The notes beneath the pieces were generated by a model. It ran no database searches. It was not told the DNA's origin and saw only the letters and a program-made list of their open reading frames with translations. Positions 48,790 through 57,384 of a DNA stretch of 64,000 nt are shown piece after piece. Within the stretch, counting starts at the first letter, position 1. Every line of letters begins with the position of its first letter. The position numbers were made by a program, and so were the translations under genes. This DNA is from an uncultured Gammaproteobacteria bacterium (lineage in GTDB: Bacteria; Pseudomonadota; Gammaproteobacteria; JACCXJ01): NCBI GenBank assembly GCA_963764725.1, contig CAVXTM010000018.1, positions 224,001 to 288,000 on the forward strand, read 5' to 3'.

Positions 48790-49548
48790 TTACACGACCG
48801 GAGCGCCTTCTTGAGCCGCACCGCAATGTTCCGGCCAAGGCCACATTCCACGGGCCTCTGCGGCCATTAGCTGCTCTTTCATCAGTTGCATTGCCCGCCG
48901 CAAGACCGTCTTCACAGTACCGAGAGGCGTCGCGGTGTAATCCGCGATTTCCTGATGGCTGAACCCCTTAAAATAGCTCAGGACCAACATTTGCCGCTCG
49001 TTCACGCTAAGCGCCTCGAGCGCCGCGCGCACGAGGCTATGCTCCTCAAGGCCGCAGAGGGCATCCAACGGATCGGCGGCTACATCCGCGTCCTCGCACG
49101 GCATCTCGGACGACAGACAGATCTCTGCCGGATTACGGCGGCGTAGCAAATCAATCGCGCGGCTGCGGCAGATCGTGTACAGCCAGGTCATGATCTTTCC
49201 ACGGTTGGGATCGTAGGCGCCGGCGCGTCGCCAAACGTGCAAGTACACGTCTTCCGTGACCTCTTCGGCATCGTTCCGTTGTCCCGTGATACGCAAGGCC
49301 AAAGCAAAAACGCGACCTGCCGTCGCCTCGTAGAGCGCGGAAAGTGCCGCTTCTTCTTTGCCGGCGATACCCGAAAGCAACCCGCGCAAGGCGATCTCTT
49401 GGGTATCGAACTCGATCGTCTCCGAACCGGCGTTCACAGTTGCATTATAACACCCGAACCCACTCTGCGCGCCGGATGCGGCCCGAGAAGGCAGGCGGCC
49501 AGACTGACCGTTGCTGCGCGACGTCCGGTATTCGTCTGCTGCGTTCAC
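48790..49548 (-). CDS. ECF RNA polymerase sigma factor
   Basis: DAEEV.EDVY..VW, WL.TICRSRAIDLLR, LSYF.GFSHQEIA....PLGTVKT. Confidence 0.9.
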   Translation of the reverse strand: MNAADEYRTSRSNGQSGRLPSRAASGAQSGFGCYNATVNAGSETIEFDTQEIALRGLLSGIAGKEEAALSALYEATAGRVFALALRITGQRNDAEEVTEDVYLHVWRRAGAYDPNRGKIMTWLYTICRSRAIDLLRRRNPAEICLSSEMPCEDADVAADPLDALCGLEEHSLVRAALEALSVNERQMLVLSYFKGFSHQEIADYTATPLGTVKTVLRRAMQLMKEQLMAAEARGMWPWPEHCGAAQEGAPVV

Positions 49549-49557
49549 TATCCTCAG

Positions 49558-49584
49558 TACGAGACGGAGGGCATTTTTGGATGT
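49558..49584 (-). promoter_or_regulatory. Possible autoregulatory ECF promoter
   Basis: ACATCC-17 nt-CGTA just upstream of the sigma gene, resembling RpoE-ChrR-type promoters. Confidence 0.4.
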
Positions 49585-49737
49585 TTCGCGGTGGTTCTCG
49601 ATGGAATTCTCCTCCTACCGCTACGATGGCTCGCATCGCAGGACAGATCGAAGCCCATAGTGGATGGGTTAAACTAGGGCGCGTGAGAATTTCCGCCGAT
49701 GGCCGGGTAGCGATACTAGACAAAAGGGTCCACTAAA

Positions 49738-50004
49738 ATGTCTGAAACAAAGTTACGGGAACATCTCGAAAGGTTGAGGGAACAAGTGAACGATCTCGGT
49801 GCAGGGAAACCCGAATCGATAGAGCGGCTAAACCGGCTTATTACGGACATCGAAAGTCAATTGGAAAATCGAGGTAACCAGACCCAGAATGAGGACCTCA
49901 TCGCCAATGTACAAGGGGCAATCCGGCATTTCGAAGTCGAGCATCCTCGGGCGACGGCGATTTTGAACGACATCATGGTTGCGCTCAGCAATATCGGGAT
50001 TTGA
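49738..50004 (+). CDS. DUF4404-like small helical protein
   Basis: C-terminal FEVEHP.AT.IL..IM..LSNIGI. Confidence 0.75.
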   Translation: MSETKLREHLERLREQVNDLGAGKPESIERLNRLITDIESQLENRGNQTQNEDLIANVQGAIRHFEVEHPRATAILNDIMVALSNIGI

Positions 50005-50029
50005 GGGAGTGCCCGCCACAATCGGCGGG

Positions 50030-50950
50030 GTGAATATACCAGTGAATGCCAGGAAAACCGCCGAAACGGCACGCATTCAACGCATCACCCTCTACCCGAT
50101 CAAGTCACTCGACGGCGTCTCCGTGGCGGAGACGCGCATCGCCCCGGGTGGGAGCCTTGAACATGATCGTGCCTTTGCCGTCGTGGATGCCCAAGACAAG
50201 TTTGTAAACGGCAAGCGCTTCGCCGAGGTGCATCGGCTGCGCGCGCACTTCGATCTGGACACACACATGGTCACGCTTGCGGATTCAGGGACGAGCGCGC
50301 CGCAGCGCTTCCGGCTAGACCGAGACCTGGAACGGATGGAAGCGTGGCTGAGCACGTTTTTCGGCTTCTCGGTAACGATCCGGCAGGACCCGCGGACCGG
50401 CTTCCCCGACGACACGGACGCCTCGGGACCGACCGTGATCAGCGCGGCGACGCTGGCGGCGGTCAGCGCCTGGTTCCCCGGCGCCACACCGCAAGATATG
50501 CAGCTTCGTTTCCGGACCAATCTTGAGATTAGCGGTGTTTCCGCATTCTGGGAAGACCGTCTGTTCGGGAAGCCCGGCACGCTGGTGGATTTTAACGTCG
50601 GGGGGGTCGCTTTCGAGGGCGTCAATCCCTGCCAGCGCTGTGTCGTACCGGCGCGCGACCCGCGGAGCGGGATCGAGGAGTCGGGCTTCCAGAAAACCCT
50701 GGCCATGAGACGCGAACAGACGTTACCCGACTGGGCGGCCCGCTCGCGGTTTAATCACTACTACCGCCTCGCCGTCAATACCCGGATCCCGCCCTCTGAA
50801 GCCGGCAAGACCCTTCGGGTCGGGGATGAAGTCACGATCCTTGGAGTACGCCCGCGAATGATGAATAGGAATCCCCAGGCGGCGATCTATCGGCCTATAG
50901 GTTCGATCTGCACGGCACCGAGGGACAGGAGTGTGGGCTTTCATGGGTGA
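50030..50950 (+). CDS. MOSC domain protein (start approximate)
   Basis: YPIKSLDG, DRAFAVVD, RFRTNL, PCQRC.VP. Confidence 0.85.
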   Translation: MNIPVNARKTAETARIQRITLYPIKSLDGVSVAETRIAPGGSLEHDRAFAVVDAQDKFVNGKRFAEVHRLRAHFDLDTHMVTLADSGTSAPQRFRLDRDLERMEAWLSTFFGFSVTIRQDPRTGFPDDTDASGPTVISAATLAAVSAWFPGATPQDMQLRFRTNLEISGVSAFWEDRLFGKPGTLVDFNVGGVAFEGVNPCQRCVVPARDPRSGIEESGFQKTLAMRREQTLPDWAARSRFNHYYRLAVNTRIPPSEAGKTLRVGDEVTILGVRPRMMNRNPQAAIYRPIGSICTAPRDRSVGFHG

Positions 50951-50998
50951 CCCCGAACTACGATAACTTTCGCAATGCTGCGGGTGCCTTTTCGACCG

Positions 50999-53900
50999 TT
51001 ACGCGATCCCCACAGCCGACTCGGCCCGCGCGGGCGTTCGTGCCTCGTGTTCGGTCCGCTCGTTCGGCCGATGCTCGGCTGCGAGCAACGAATAGAACAC
51101 CGGCACTACGAACAGGGTAAACAGCGTGCCGACAATCATGCCCGCGACCAGCACGATCCCGATGCTGTTGCGAGCCGCGGCTCCCGGCCCGGATACCAGC
51201 ACCAGCGGGAGGTGCCCAAAGACGGTGGCAGCGGAGGTCATGAGCACCGGGCGCAACCGGGTCAATGACGCCTCGCGCAGCGCGGCCGCCTTCGAGAAAC
51301 CACGGGACTGCAGTGTGTTCGCGAACTCCACGATGAGGATGCCGTTCTTCGCGATCAGTCCCACCAGCGTGATCAGCCCAACCTGCGAGTAGATGTTGAT
51401 CGTGGTCAGGTCCAGGAAGCTGAACACCAGCGCGCCGCAGATCGCTAGCGGCACCGAGCCCAGCAGCACGATCAGCGGATCGCGAAAGCTTCGGAACTGC
51501 GCCGCGAGCACCAGATAGATGAGGACGACCGAGAATCCGAGCGTGACGGTAAGCGCCGACCCCTCGCGGCGGATCTGACGCGACTCCCCGGCGTGATCGA
51601 GGACGACGCTCGGACCACCAGCGGCCGCAGCCGCGACCTCGAGGACGCGCAGTCCCTCTTCTTTGGTCACGCCGGGATTGACGCCGCCGAAAATGCGCAC
51701 GGCGTTGCGCTGCTGGAAGCGGTTCAGCGTGCGCGGCGCGGTGCTCGTCTCGATGTGCGCGAACGTCGACACGGGCACGAGCTGGCCATCCGGCGTCTTG
51801 ATCTTGAGGTCGAGCAGTGGGCCGAGCGTCGCCCGGTCTGCTTCGCCGATCTGCGGGATGACCTTGTAACTGCGATCGAAGAAGTTGAACCGGTTCACGT
51901 AATCGCCGCCGAGCAGCGTGCCGAGCTCCTGACCGACGCCAGCGAGGTCGAGTCCGAGATCGGCGAGGCGCTCGCGATCGAGCACGACTCTAGCCTCGGG
52001 CAGGTCGATCTTGAGGTCCGTATCGACGTATAGGAATTTGCCGCTCTGCCAACCGGCGTCGAGCACTGCCGCGGCTGTCTCTAGCATCTGCTCGGGCGGC
52101 GCGTCGCTCTGCAGGACGAGTTCGACGTCGTACTGGCCAGGGGTCGGCAACGGCGGGTCCAAGCGCGGGAATACGCGCAGGCCGGGGATCTGCGAAACGG
52201 CGCCGTACACTTCGCCGAACATCTCCTCGGTCGAGCGCTCGCGCTGCGTCCAGTCCTTGGCGACCAGACCTCCGAAACCGCCCCACGCCGCGGTCAACGA
52301 CCACATGAAGTCGGTTTCGGGAAACGAGGCTATGGCGCGCTCGACCTGCAGGGAATCGCGGTTAGTTGCGGCCAAGGTCGAGTCAGGCGCGGCCTCGAAG
52401 AACAGACTGATGTGGCTTTGATCCTCGACCGGCGCGAGCTCCTGGCGCGAGAAGGTGTATAGCGGCCAGGCCGCGGCCGCGACCAGCAGCCAAACCACAA
52501 CGATCGCCCAGCGCATACCGAGCGTCCCTTCGATCATCCATGCGTATCCGCGGCTGACGTACTCGAAGCCGCGGTTGACCCATGCGGTCAGCCGGCCTTC
52601 CTTGCCGTGCGCATGCACGAAGCGCGAGCTCATCACCGGCGAGAGCGTGAGCGCGACGAAGCCCGACACGACGACCGCGGCGGCGAGCGTGATCGCGAAC
52701 TCCAGGAACAGCGAGCCGGTCAGGCCGCCCTGGAATGCAATCGGCGTGTACACCGCCGCGAGTGTGATGGTCATCGCGATGATCGGGCCGCGCAACTCGC
52801 GCGCGCCGATCAATGCAGCCTCGGTCCGCGACTTGCCGAGGCGCACGTGCCGCTCGACGTTCTCGACGACCACGATAGCGTCGTCGACCACCAAGCCCAC
52901 GGACAGCACGATCGCGAGGATCGTGAGCAGGTTCAGGCTGAAGCCGAACGCGATCATGACGATCGCGGCGCCGATGAGGGAGACCGGCATCGCGACGAGC
53001 GGCACGAGGGCGGTGCGCACCGAGCCCATGAACAGGAACACGACGAGCGCGACGATGGCGATCGTCTCGCCAAGCGTTTTCGTGATCTCCTCGAGGGCGT
53101 CTCGCATGAACATCGTGCCGTCCCAGACCAAACGCATATCGATGTCCGCGGGCAGCGTCGGCCGGATGCGTTCCATCTCGTCGCGCAGCCCCCGCGCAAC
53201 TTCGATCTCGTTCGAGCCGGGAAGCGGCCAGACTCCTAGATAGACGCTCTCACGGTCCTTGTACTTGGCGACCATGGCGGCTTCTTCCGCCCCGAGCTCC
53301 ACCCGCGCCACATCCGAGAGCCGCACCGTCGCTCCGTTGCGATCGGCGACGATCAGGTTCTCGAATTCCTCCTGGGCGCGCAGGTCGGTGTTTGCGAGGA
53401 GATTGACCTGGACGAGGTTGCCCTTCGTCCGGCCGACCGCCGCGAGGAAGTTGTTTCGCTGTAGCGCCGCATGCACGTCGCCGGGCGAGAGATTAAGCGC
53501 TGCAAGGCGATCAAGATCGAGCCAGACGCGCATCGCGATCGCCTGGCTGCCCTCGAAGCTGACGCGTTGCACGCCGGACAAGGTCGAGAGCTGCGGCTGC
53601 AAGCTGCGCGAGAGCCAGTCGGTCAGCGCGGGGACCTCTCGCTCGCTCGATGTGAAGCCTATATAGAACGTCGCGTACGGCCGATCGGCGCGCTGCACTT
53701 CCACCACCGGCGGCTCGGCTTCCTCCGGCAACTCGGAGCGAACCTGCTGCAGGCGCGCGGTCACTTCCGCGAGTGCCGCCGTGCTGTCGTGGTTGACCTT
53801 CAGGCGCACGGTGACGGTGCTCACGCCGGCTCGGCTGGTGGACTCGAGGTGGTCAACGCCACTGATAGCCGACACGACCCGCTCGATCGGCGTGGTGAGA

Positions 53901-54088
53901 AAGCCGCGGACGGTTTCGGCACCGGCGCCGGTGTAGACCGTTGTGATCACCACGGAGGAGCTTTCGATGCTCGGAAACTGCTGCACCGGAAGGGTGAACA
54001 ACGCTCGTGCACCCACCAGCACGATGACGAGATTGACGACCACCGCCAGCACGGGGTGTTTGATGAAAACGTCGGTGAAGGAGCGCAT
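50999..54088 (-). CDS. HAE1-type RND efflux permease
   Basis: GLVVDDAIVVVEN, GLIAKNGILIVEFA, RLRPVLMT; 1029 aa. Confidence 0.93.
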   Translation of the reverse strand: MRSFTDVFIKHPVLAVVVNLVIVLVGARALFTLPVQQFPSIESSSVVITTVYTGAGAETVRGFLTTPIERVVSAISGVDHLESTSRAGVSTVTVRLKVNHDSTAALAEVTARLQQVRSELPEEAEPPVVEVQRADRPYATFYIGFTSSEREVPALTDWLSRSLQPQLSTLSGVQRVSFEGSQAIAMRVWLDLDRLAALNLSPGDVHAALQRNNFLAAVGRTKGNLVQVNLLANTDLRAQEEFENLIVADRNGATVRLSDVARVELGAEEAAMVAKYKDRESVYLGVWPLPGSNEIEVARGLRDEMERIRPTLPADIDMRLVWDGTMFMRDALEEITKTLGETIAIVALVVFLFMGSVRTALVPLVAMPVSLIGAAIVMIAFGFSLNLLTILAIVLSVGLVVDDAIVVVENVERHVRLGKSRTEAALIGARELRGPIIAMTITLAAVYTPIAFQGGLTGSLFLEFAITLAAAVVVSGFVALTLSPVMSSRFVHAHGKEGRLTAWVNRGFEYVSRGYAWMIEGTLGMRWAIVVVWLLVAAAAWPLYTFSRQELAPVEDQSHISLFFEAAPDSTLAATNRDSLQVERAIASFPETDFMWSLTAAWGGFGGLVAKDWTQRERSTEEMFGEVYGAVSQIPGLRVFPRLDPPLPTPGQYDVELVLQSDAPPEQMLETAAAVLDAGWQSGKFLYVDTDLKIDLPEARVVLDRERLADLGLDLAGVGQELGTLLGGDYVNRFNFFDRSYKVIPQIGEADRATLGPLLDLKIKTPDGQLVPVSTFAHIETSTAPRTLNRFQQRNAVRIFGGVNPGVTKEEGLRVLEVAAAAAGGPSVVLDHAGESRQIRREGSALTVTLGFSVVLIYLVLAAQFRSFRDPLIVLLGSVPLAICGALVFSFLDLTTINIYSQVGLITLVGLIAKNGILIVEFANTLQSRGFSKAAALREASLTRLRPVLMTSAATVFGHLPLVLVSGPGAAARNSIGIVLVAGMIVGTLFTLFVVPVFYSLLAAEHRPNERTEHEARTPARAESAVGIA

Positions 54089-54129
54089 GCCGATGCCCTT
54101 ATAGCCGTGCCTCTTTCTGCGTCAGCCGA

Positions 54130-55242
54130 TCATCTGACCCTGCTCGCGAGCGCTGCGGGGTCGCTCACAATCGCGACGAGCGTCCCATCGATCAACTTGA
54201 AAGATCCCGAAGCGGCCACCTGCTCACCGGCGGAGAGTCCCGCCAGGATCACGATCTCGTCGCCGAGCATCGCCCCGCTCTGCACAGCCCGCAGACGCAC
54301 TCGGAGTTTGCCCTCGTTGTCCGGCGCGAGCACGAATACATGGTCGCCGCCCGGTCCCTTGCGCAGCGCGCTCGCCGGGACCGCGATGCCCATGCGCGGC
54401 GGGCCCACGGGAACTCGGACGCGCACCGAGGCGCCCGGTGCCGGCACGTTAGCGGCGCCCTCGATCCGCGCGCGCACCAAAGCGTTGCGGGTCGAGGGGT
54501 CGATGCGCGCGTCGACTGCGACGGTTTTCGCCGCGATGGGGTCCCCGTCGCGGGTCGCGAAAACGTCAACGCTGTCGCCCTCGCGCAGTCCCGCGGCGAC
54601 GAGCTGCGGGACCGAGAAGTCCACATGCACCGCGTCGTCGACGCCTTGCAAGGTCGTGAGGCGCGTGCCCTCTTCCAGGTATTGGCCGGGGTGCAGGTCG
54701 GCCATTCCGACGCGCGCGCGGAACGGTGCGCGGATCGTCTTGCGGGCCATGATCGCCCTGGTGCGCGCGATCTGCGCCAGCGCGACGTCGCGCTCCGCGC
54801 GCGCGCGATCCACGTCCGTCGCGGACGCAACACTGTTCTGGCCCAGACGGTGCATGCGGCGGAGCATCGTCTCGGCCAGGGTGGCTTGCGCCTGCTGCGC
54901 CTTCAACTCGGCCTCCTCGACAGAGACGTCGAGGGCGACAAGCACGGCGCCCGCATCGACGACTTGCCCAGGCGTGAGCATGACTTGACGGACGGTGCCG
55001 GGGAGCTCGTTGCGCAGGGTGATCGAGCGCAGCGCCAAGACCGTCCCGATCGAGGTCGTCGTCCGGCGGTGTTCACGTTCCTTCGCGACGGCGACCGTCA
55101 CCGACTCCATCGGTTCGGGCTGGTTCGCGGAGATCGCGTCTGATTCCTGAATAGACGCGTACTTCCACGCGGCGAGGCTGCCGCCGGTCCCAACGACAGT
55201 CACGAGGAGCAGAAAGGATCCGATTCGACCACGGCGAACCAT
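54130..55242 (-). CDS. RND periplasmic adaptor (MFP)
   Basis: Start MVRRGRIG overlapping the tetR stop; TIRAPF, DFSVPQ, DPSTRN. Confidence 0.9.
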   Translation of the reverse strand: MVRRGRIGSFLLLVTVVGTGGSLAAWKYASIQESDAISANQPEPMESVTVAVAKEREHRRTTTSIGTVLALRSITLRNELPGTVRQVMLTPGQVVDAGAVLVALDVSVEEAELKAQQAQATLAETMLRRMHRLGQNSVASATDVDRARAERDVALAQIARTRAIMARKTIRAPFRARVGMADLHPGQYLEEGTRLTTLQGVDDAVHVDFSVPQLVAAGLREGDSVDVFATRDGDPIAAKTVAVDARIDPSTRNALVRARIEGAANVPAPGASVRVRVPVGPPRMGIAVPASALRKGPGGDHVFVLAPDNEGKLRVRLRAVQSGAMLGDEIVILAGLSAGEQVAASGSFKLIDGTLVAIVSDPAALASRVR

Positions 55243-55862
55243 CAGCGGTGTCCTCCTACGCCTTTTGCGGCGTGGACCTTGGCCTCGGGCGAGCACACCG
55301 GCAGCGAGCGCGCGAGCATGTCCTCCAGCGCGATCCGAACTCGAACGACCAGGTCTTGATTCACTGCGGCCAGCCCCAGCACCCAGTAGAGCCATAAACC
55401 GTCGATCGCCGCGGCGACGGCCTCGCCGACGCCCGGAGGCAGGCCGTCTTCCGCGACGCGCCGATGGAGCTCGCTGTAGACTGCGCGCATCGGCTCGATC
55501 AGGGAGGGGTTTTGCGCCAAGGCCGCGAAACACGCTGACGAGCTACGCTGGAGCTCCCCCGTCCAGCATTGGGCATCCGAGAGGCAGTGGTCCAGCAGAG
55601 CCCGCGCCATGCGCCCGGGTCCTTCCGAAGTGCGTTCATAGGCTTCCATGTAACACGCTCGCCAATTGTCCGCGGAGCGTGTGACCAGCGCTTCGACGAG
55701 GCGGTCCTTGGTCGGGAAGTGATGCAGCAAACCGCCCTTGCTCATGCCCGCTTCGGCAGCGACGGCATCGAGCGTCAGGTTGGCGATGCCCTGGCGCACG
55801 ACCACTGCTTCCGCGGCGTCCAGTAGTGTGTCCCGTAACTTATTCGTGTCCGCTCGTTCCAT
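55242..55862 (-). CDS. TetR-family regulator
   Basis: LTLDAVAAEAGMSKGGLLHHF.TKD; ATG 55862. Confidence 0.92.
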   Translation of the reverse strand: MERADTNKLRDTLLDAAEAVVVRQGIANLTLDAVAAEAGMSKGGLLHHFPTKDRLVEALVTRSADNWRACYMEAYERTSEGPGRMARALLDHCLSDAQCWTGELQRSSSACFAALAQNPSLIEPMRAVYSELHRRVAEDGLPPGVGEAVAAAIDGLWLYWVLGLAAVNQDLVVRVRIALEDMLARSLPVCSPEAKVHAAKGVGGHR

Positions 55863-55869
55863 AAGGCTC

Positions 55870-55911
55870 ACAATACCGTCCGGACGGTCTGGTGTCAACC
55901 GTCCGGACGGT
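55870..55911 (-). promoter_or_regulatory. tetR promoter with two palindromic operators
   Basis: Perfect ACCGTCCGGACGGT at 55875-55888 and 55898-55911; TTGACA-17 nt-TATTGT. Confidence 0.82.
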
Positions 55912-55934
55912 CTTTCTTCCGTGCCTGTGACACA

Positions 55935-56095
55935 GAGGTGCGGCTGGGAATAATGGACACTTTCGATCTGTTAGATTGAGGATCAACAGGTGTGAATTGG
56001 AACGAAACAGGTTTATACGGCGGAATTTCAAGCTGAGGCGGTGCGTCTGGTGGTAGAGTAAGGGCTGTCTCTGGCAGGTACAGCACGGCGCATGC
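55935..56095 (+). mobile_element. IS3-family left-end remnant
   Basis: IRL-like GAGGTG...GAATAATGGACAC followed by decayed OrfA KQVYTAEFQAEAVRLVVE*GLSLA. Confidence 0.6.
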
Positions 56096-56175
56096 CAATC
56101 CTAGTTCCCGTGGCGCTGCTGTCTAACGCACGCTACGCCACGTGCAAATTGCAGCTGTCGCGTCGTTCACCCAAA

Positions 56176-56523
56176 TCAATACTGACCAGGCTTTGAAAAC
56201 GATATGAATGATCGATGCCGGATTCGAGATCCAGAAGCCATCAACAAACCCTCCGGTTGGGGTTCTATTTCATCGCAGCGCACGACACCACCCGCGGCCT
56301 TGAAATGAGCTGAAGCGACCGCGACATCGTCGGTAACAATCTCCAGCCAGAGTTCCGCCTGGCTGAGTCCCGTCACTCGATCGATCCAGAGCTAGTTCGA
56401 TCCAAACTCGAAGCCCACCGCGGAAAGATACGAGCACGTCCCGATTGAACTGCACTGTTGCGCATATTGATGAGAGGGAACTTTCAGGGCGATATTGCGA
56501 GTTCGGATGTCATTCGTCTGCAT
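56176..56523 (-). pseudogene. Frameshifted VOC/glyoxalase-like gene
   Basis: Fragments FNRDVL and AELWLEIVTDDV...GVVRCDEIEP in different frames. Confidence 0.45.
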
Positions 56524-56572
56524 ACCAAACCGCGCCTTCTCGAACAAGGTCGAGCGAATTTTGTTGGACGCA

Positions 56573-57349
56573 TTATAGCAGCCCCCTTCTCTGCCGCATG
56601 GCTTCGTAGAGGCAGATCCCGGCGGCGACGGAGACGTTCAGGCTCTCGATCGCGCCGGCCATGGGAATGTGGACGAGGCGGTCGCTGCGCTCGCGGGTTA
56701 GGCGCCGGAGGCCTTTTTCTTCCCCCCCCATCACCAAGGCCGTCGGTCCGCGCAAATCCAAACCGAATAAGCTGTCACTAGCGTCCCCGGCCGTCCCGAT
56801 GACTTGCAGGCCATACTCTTTCATCTCGTCGAGCGCCGCCGCGAGGTTTCCGACCTGAATTAAGGGCACCGTTGCCGCCGCTCCGCTGGCGACCTTTTGC
56901 ACCGCCGCGGTCAGTCCCACCGCCCGGTGGAGCGGCACGATCACGGCATGGGCGCCAGCGCCATCGGCAACGCGAAGGCACGCGCCCAGGTTGTGCGGAT
57001 CCTGGACCCCATCGAGCACCAGGAGTAGCAGCGGCGCCGCGCCTTCGGTCAGCAGCGTTTTTAGGTCACGCGCGCGCGGCACCCGCGGATGACGGCAGCG
57101 TAACACCGCCCCCTGATGGCGAACGCCGGCCGCTAGCCGATCGAGCGTTCGGGAGGCCGCCCCCTGCACGGCAAGCCCATGTCGGGCCGCGAGTTTCAGG
57201 AGATCGCGCAGGCGTGGATTCGGCGGCCCGGTCTCGATCCATAGCTCGAGTGCGTGCTCCGGCGCGGCCGTCAAGACCTGGCGCACCGCGTGGATCCCGC
57301 AGACGATGAGGTCCCGCTCGGCCACATCCCGCGCCCCCCGTTTGGACAT
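56573..57349 (-). CDS. rlmB: 23S rRNA Gm2251 methyltransferase
   Basis: GIHAV, LDGVQDPHNLGAC, GEEKGLRRL, SLNVSVA. Confidence 0.95.
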   Translation of the reverse strand: MSKRGARDVAERDLIVCGIHAVRQVLTAAPEHALELWIETGPPNPRLRDLLKLAARHGLAVQGAASRTLDRLAAGVRHQGAVLRCRHPRVPRARDLKTLLTEGAAPLLLLVLDGVQDPHNLGACLRVADGAGAHAVIVPLHRAVGLTAAVQKVASGAAATVPLIQVGNLAAALDEMKEYGLQVIGTAGDASDSLFGLDLRGPTALVMGGEEKGLRRLTRERSDRLVHIPMAGAIESLNVSVAAGICLYEAMRQRRGLL

Positions 57350-57384
57350 GATTGCCGCGCCCGGCTTGCGTTATACCCGTTTCA

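Noticed and set aside
50999-54088. RND pump as a BstA/MMPL-type sterol transporter
   Set aside because: Motifs and the MFP partner indicate an AcrB-like HAE1 pump; nothing beyond proximity links it to sterols
53471-54988. Long antisense ORFs (e.g. 505 aa here; also 36527-37672, 58321-59472, 17343-18236)
   Set aside because: Shadow frames of well-supported GC-rich genes, with no recognisable motifs
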